Below are positions 63,089 through 64,000 of a stretch of 64,000 nt of DNA, one piece after another (the stretch's first letter is position 1; every line of letters begins with the position of its first letter). The stretch lies in assembly GCA_965222575.1 (NCBI GenBank), contig OZ244958.1, forward strand, positions 480,001-544,000, given 5' to 3'. Source of the stretch: Alphaproteobacteria bacterium (GTDB lineage: Bacteria > Pseudomonadota > Alphaproteobacteria > G965222575). The notes under the pieces were generated by a model. That model was not told the DNA's origin and did no database searches. It was given only the letters and a program-made list of their open reading frames with translations. A program made the position numbers and the translations under genes.

Positions 63089-64000
63089 ATCCCCCTTCAA
63101 TCCACAAACACTTGCCTTGTATCGTGAGTGGAAAGACTCCCTCGCCGCACGCGCTCTTTCTTGCCATACACAACAAGCCTACAGCTTTGATGTCCTCGCC
63201 TTCGCCTCTTTCATGACAACTTACTTAGGACAAAAAATAACCCTCACTACCCTCAAAACCCTCACCGTTTCCCACATGCGCGCCTGGCTTGCCCATCGCG
63301 CTAACAACTATCAACCCGCTTCCACTACCCGCGCCCTCGCCGCCGTGAGACACTTCTTCTCCTTTAGTAAAAAAAACCTCCACACCATCTCTCTTGCACC
63401 GCAAGTCGTCTCTTCTCCTAAAAAACAACAACTCCTCCCTCGCGCCCTAGAACAAGAACAAATCCAACGCCTCCTCAATTTCCCGCACACAACTCGTACC
63501 CCCACTTGGATTGTCGCTAGAGATAAAGCTCTCATCCTCCTCCTCTATGGACAAGGCTTGCGAATCACTGAAGCCTTACACCTCACCTGTAAACAACTGG
63601 ACTCACCCCTCCTCACTGTCATGGGAAAAGGACAGAGATACAGACAAGTTCCTCTCATGAATACAGTCTATAAAGCCTTGAAACTCTACCTCTCTGAACG
63701 CAAAAAATTCACACGCACAAAACCAACAGACCCACTTTTCATCGGCAAAAGAGGAAAACAACTACAGCCAGCTGTAGTACAACGATTCTTCAGAACCTTA
63801 CGCTCCACCTTGCACCTCCCCCCCTCCCTCACGCCCCATACCCTAAGACATAGCTTCGCAACTCACCTCCTAAATGAAGGGGCAGACCTAAGAAGCATAC
63901 AAAAACTCCTAGGACATCAAAGCCTCAAAACAACTCAAGTCTATACACAACGACAGACCAAAGCCCTCCTCAAAGTCTATGACGCCGCTCACCCTGCCAT
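63045..64000 (+). CDS. xerC: Tyrosine recombinase XerC; 3' end runs off the window
   Basis: Not in ORF track. ATG 63045 MSAQAPK...; LPRAL, RDKAL..LYGQGLRITEA, GKG, TPHTLRHSFATHLL, IQKLLGH, TTQVYT, AAHP. Confidence 0.88.
   Translation, partial: MSAQAPKETPLSSGKSPFNPQTLALYREWKDSLAARALSCHTQQAYSFDVLAFASFMTTYLGQKITLTTLKTLTVSHMRAWLAHRANNYQPASTTRALAAVRHFFSFSKKNLHTISLAPQVVSSPKKQQLLPRALEQEQIQRLLNFPHTTRTPTWIVARDKALILLLYGQGLRITEALHLTCKQLDSPLLTVMGKGQRYRQVPLMNTVYKALKLYLSERKKFTRTKPTDPLFIGKRGKQLQPAVVQRFFRTLRSTLHLPPSLTPHTLRHSFATHLLNEGADLRSIQKLLGHQSLKTTQVYTQRQTKALLKVYDAAHPA

Noticed and set aside
63045-64000. Phage or island integrase
   Set aside because: Size, motifs, the C-terminal AAHP and its housekeeping context fit chromosomal XerC.
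1-64000. Alternative genetic code
   Set aside because: TGA, TAA and TAG all terminate conserved genes at expected positions, and RF2 is intact.

Overview
Gene-dense chromosomal window from an alphaproteobacterium that looks genome-reduced. The assignment is inferred from gene families and synteny: DUF299-maf-coaE-dnaQ, ribF-ileS-lspA-DUF3035, GST-queG, alpha-type serC/dcd, System I ccm genes. It holds about 55 mostly housekeeping CDSs, three tRNAs without encoded CCA (Ser-GCU, Asn-GUU, CAU), two tandem porins, LIV-type and ThiXYZ-type ABC transporters, a frameshifted prfB and a truncated xerC. I saw no CRISPR array, IS element or intact prophage. The most unusual signal is architectural. The top strand shows a very strong saw-tooth G/C skew: abrupt C-rich to G-rich jumps, then gradual decay back to C-rich, regardless of gene orientation and sometimes inside single genes. 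Most jumps coincide with locus-specific G-rich tandem repeats or CTAG-centred palindromes (about 29.4, 40-41, 48.8, 51.2, 56.2 and 60.4 kb), several seeded from adjacent gene ends. This resembles multiple origin-like sites, but it is a hypothesis from eyeballing and spot counts only. Other notable items are a CcmG-CcmH fusion whose thioredoxin CXXC reads SRES, a duplicated ribF head fused to the upstream gene, a promoter/terminator-bounded 36-codon ORF or sRNA, an orphan exported-protein gene flanked by palindromes, and a CtrA-box-containing intergenic region at the usual alphaproteobacterial oriC position.
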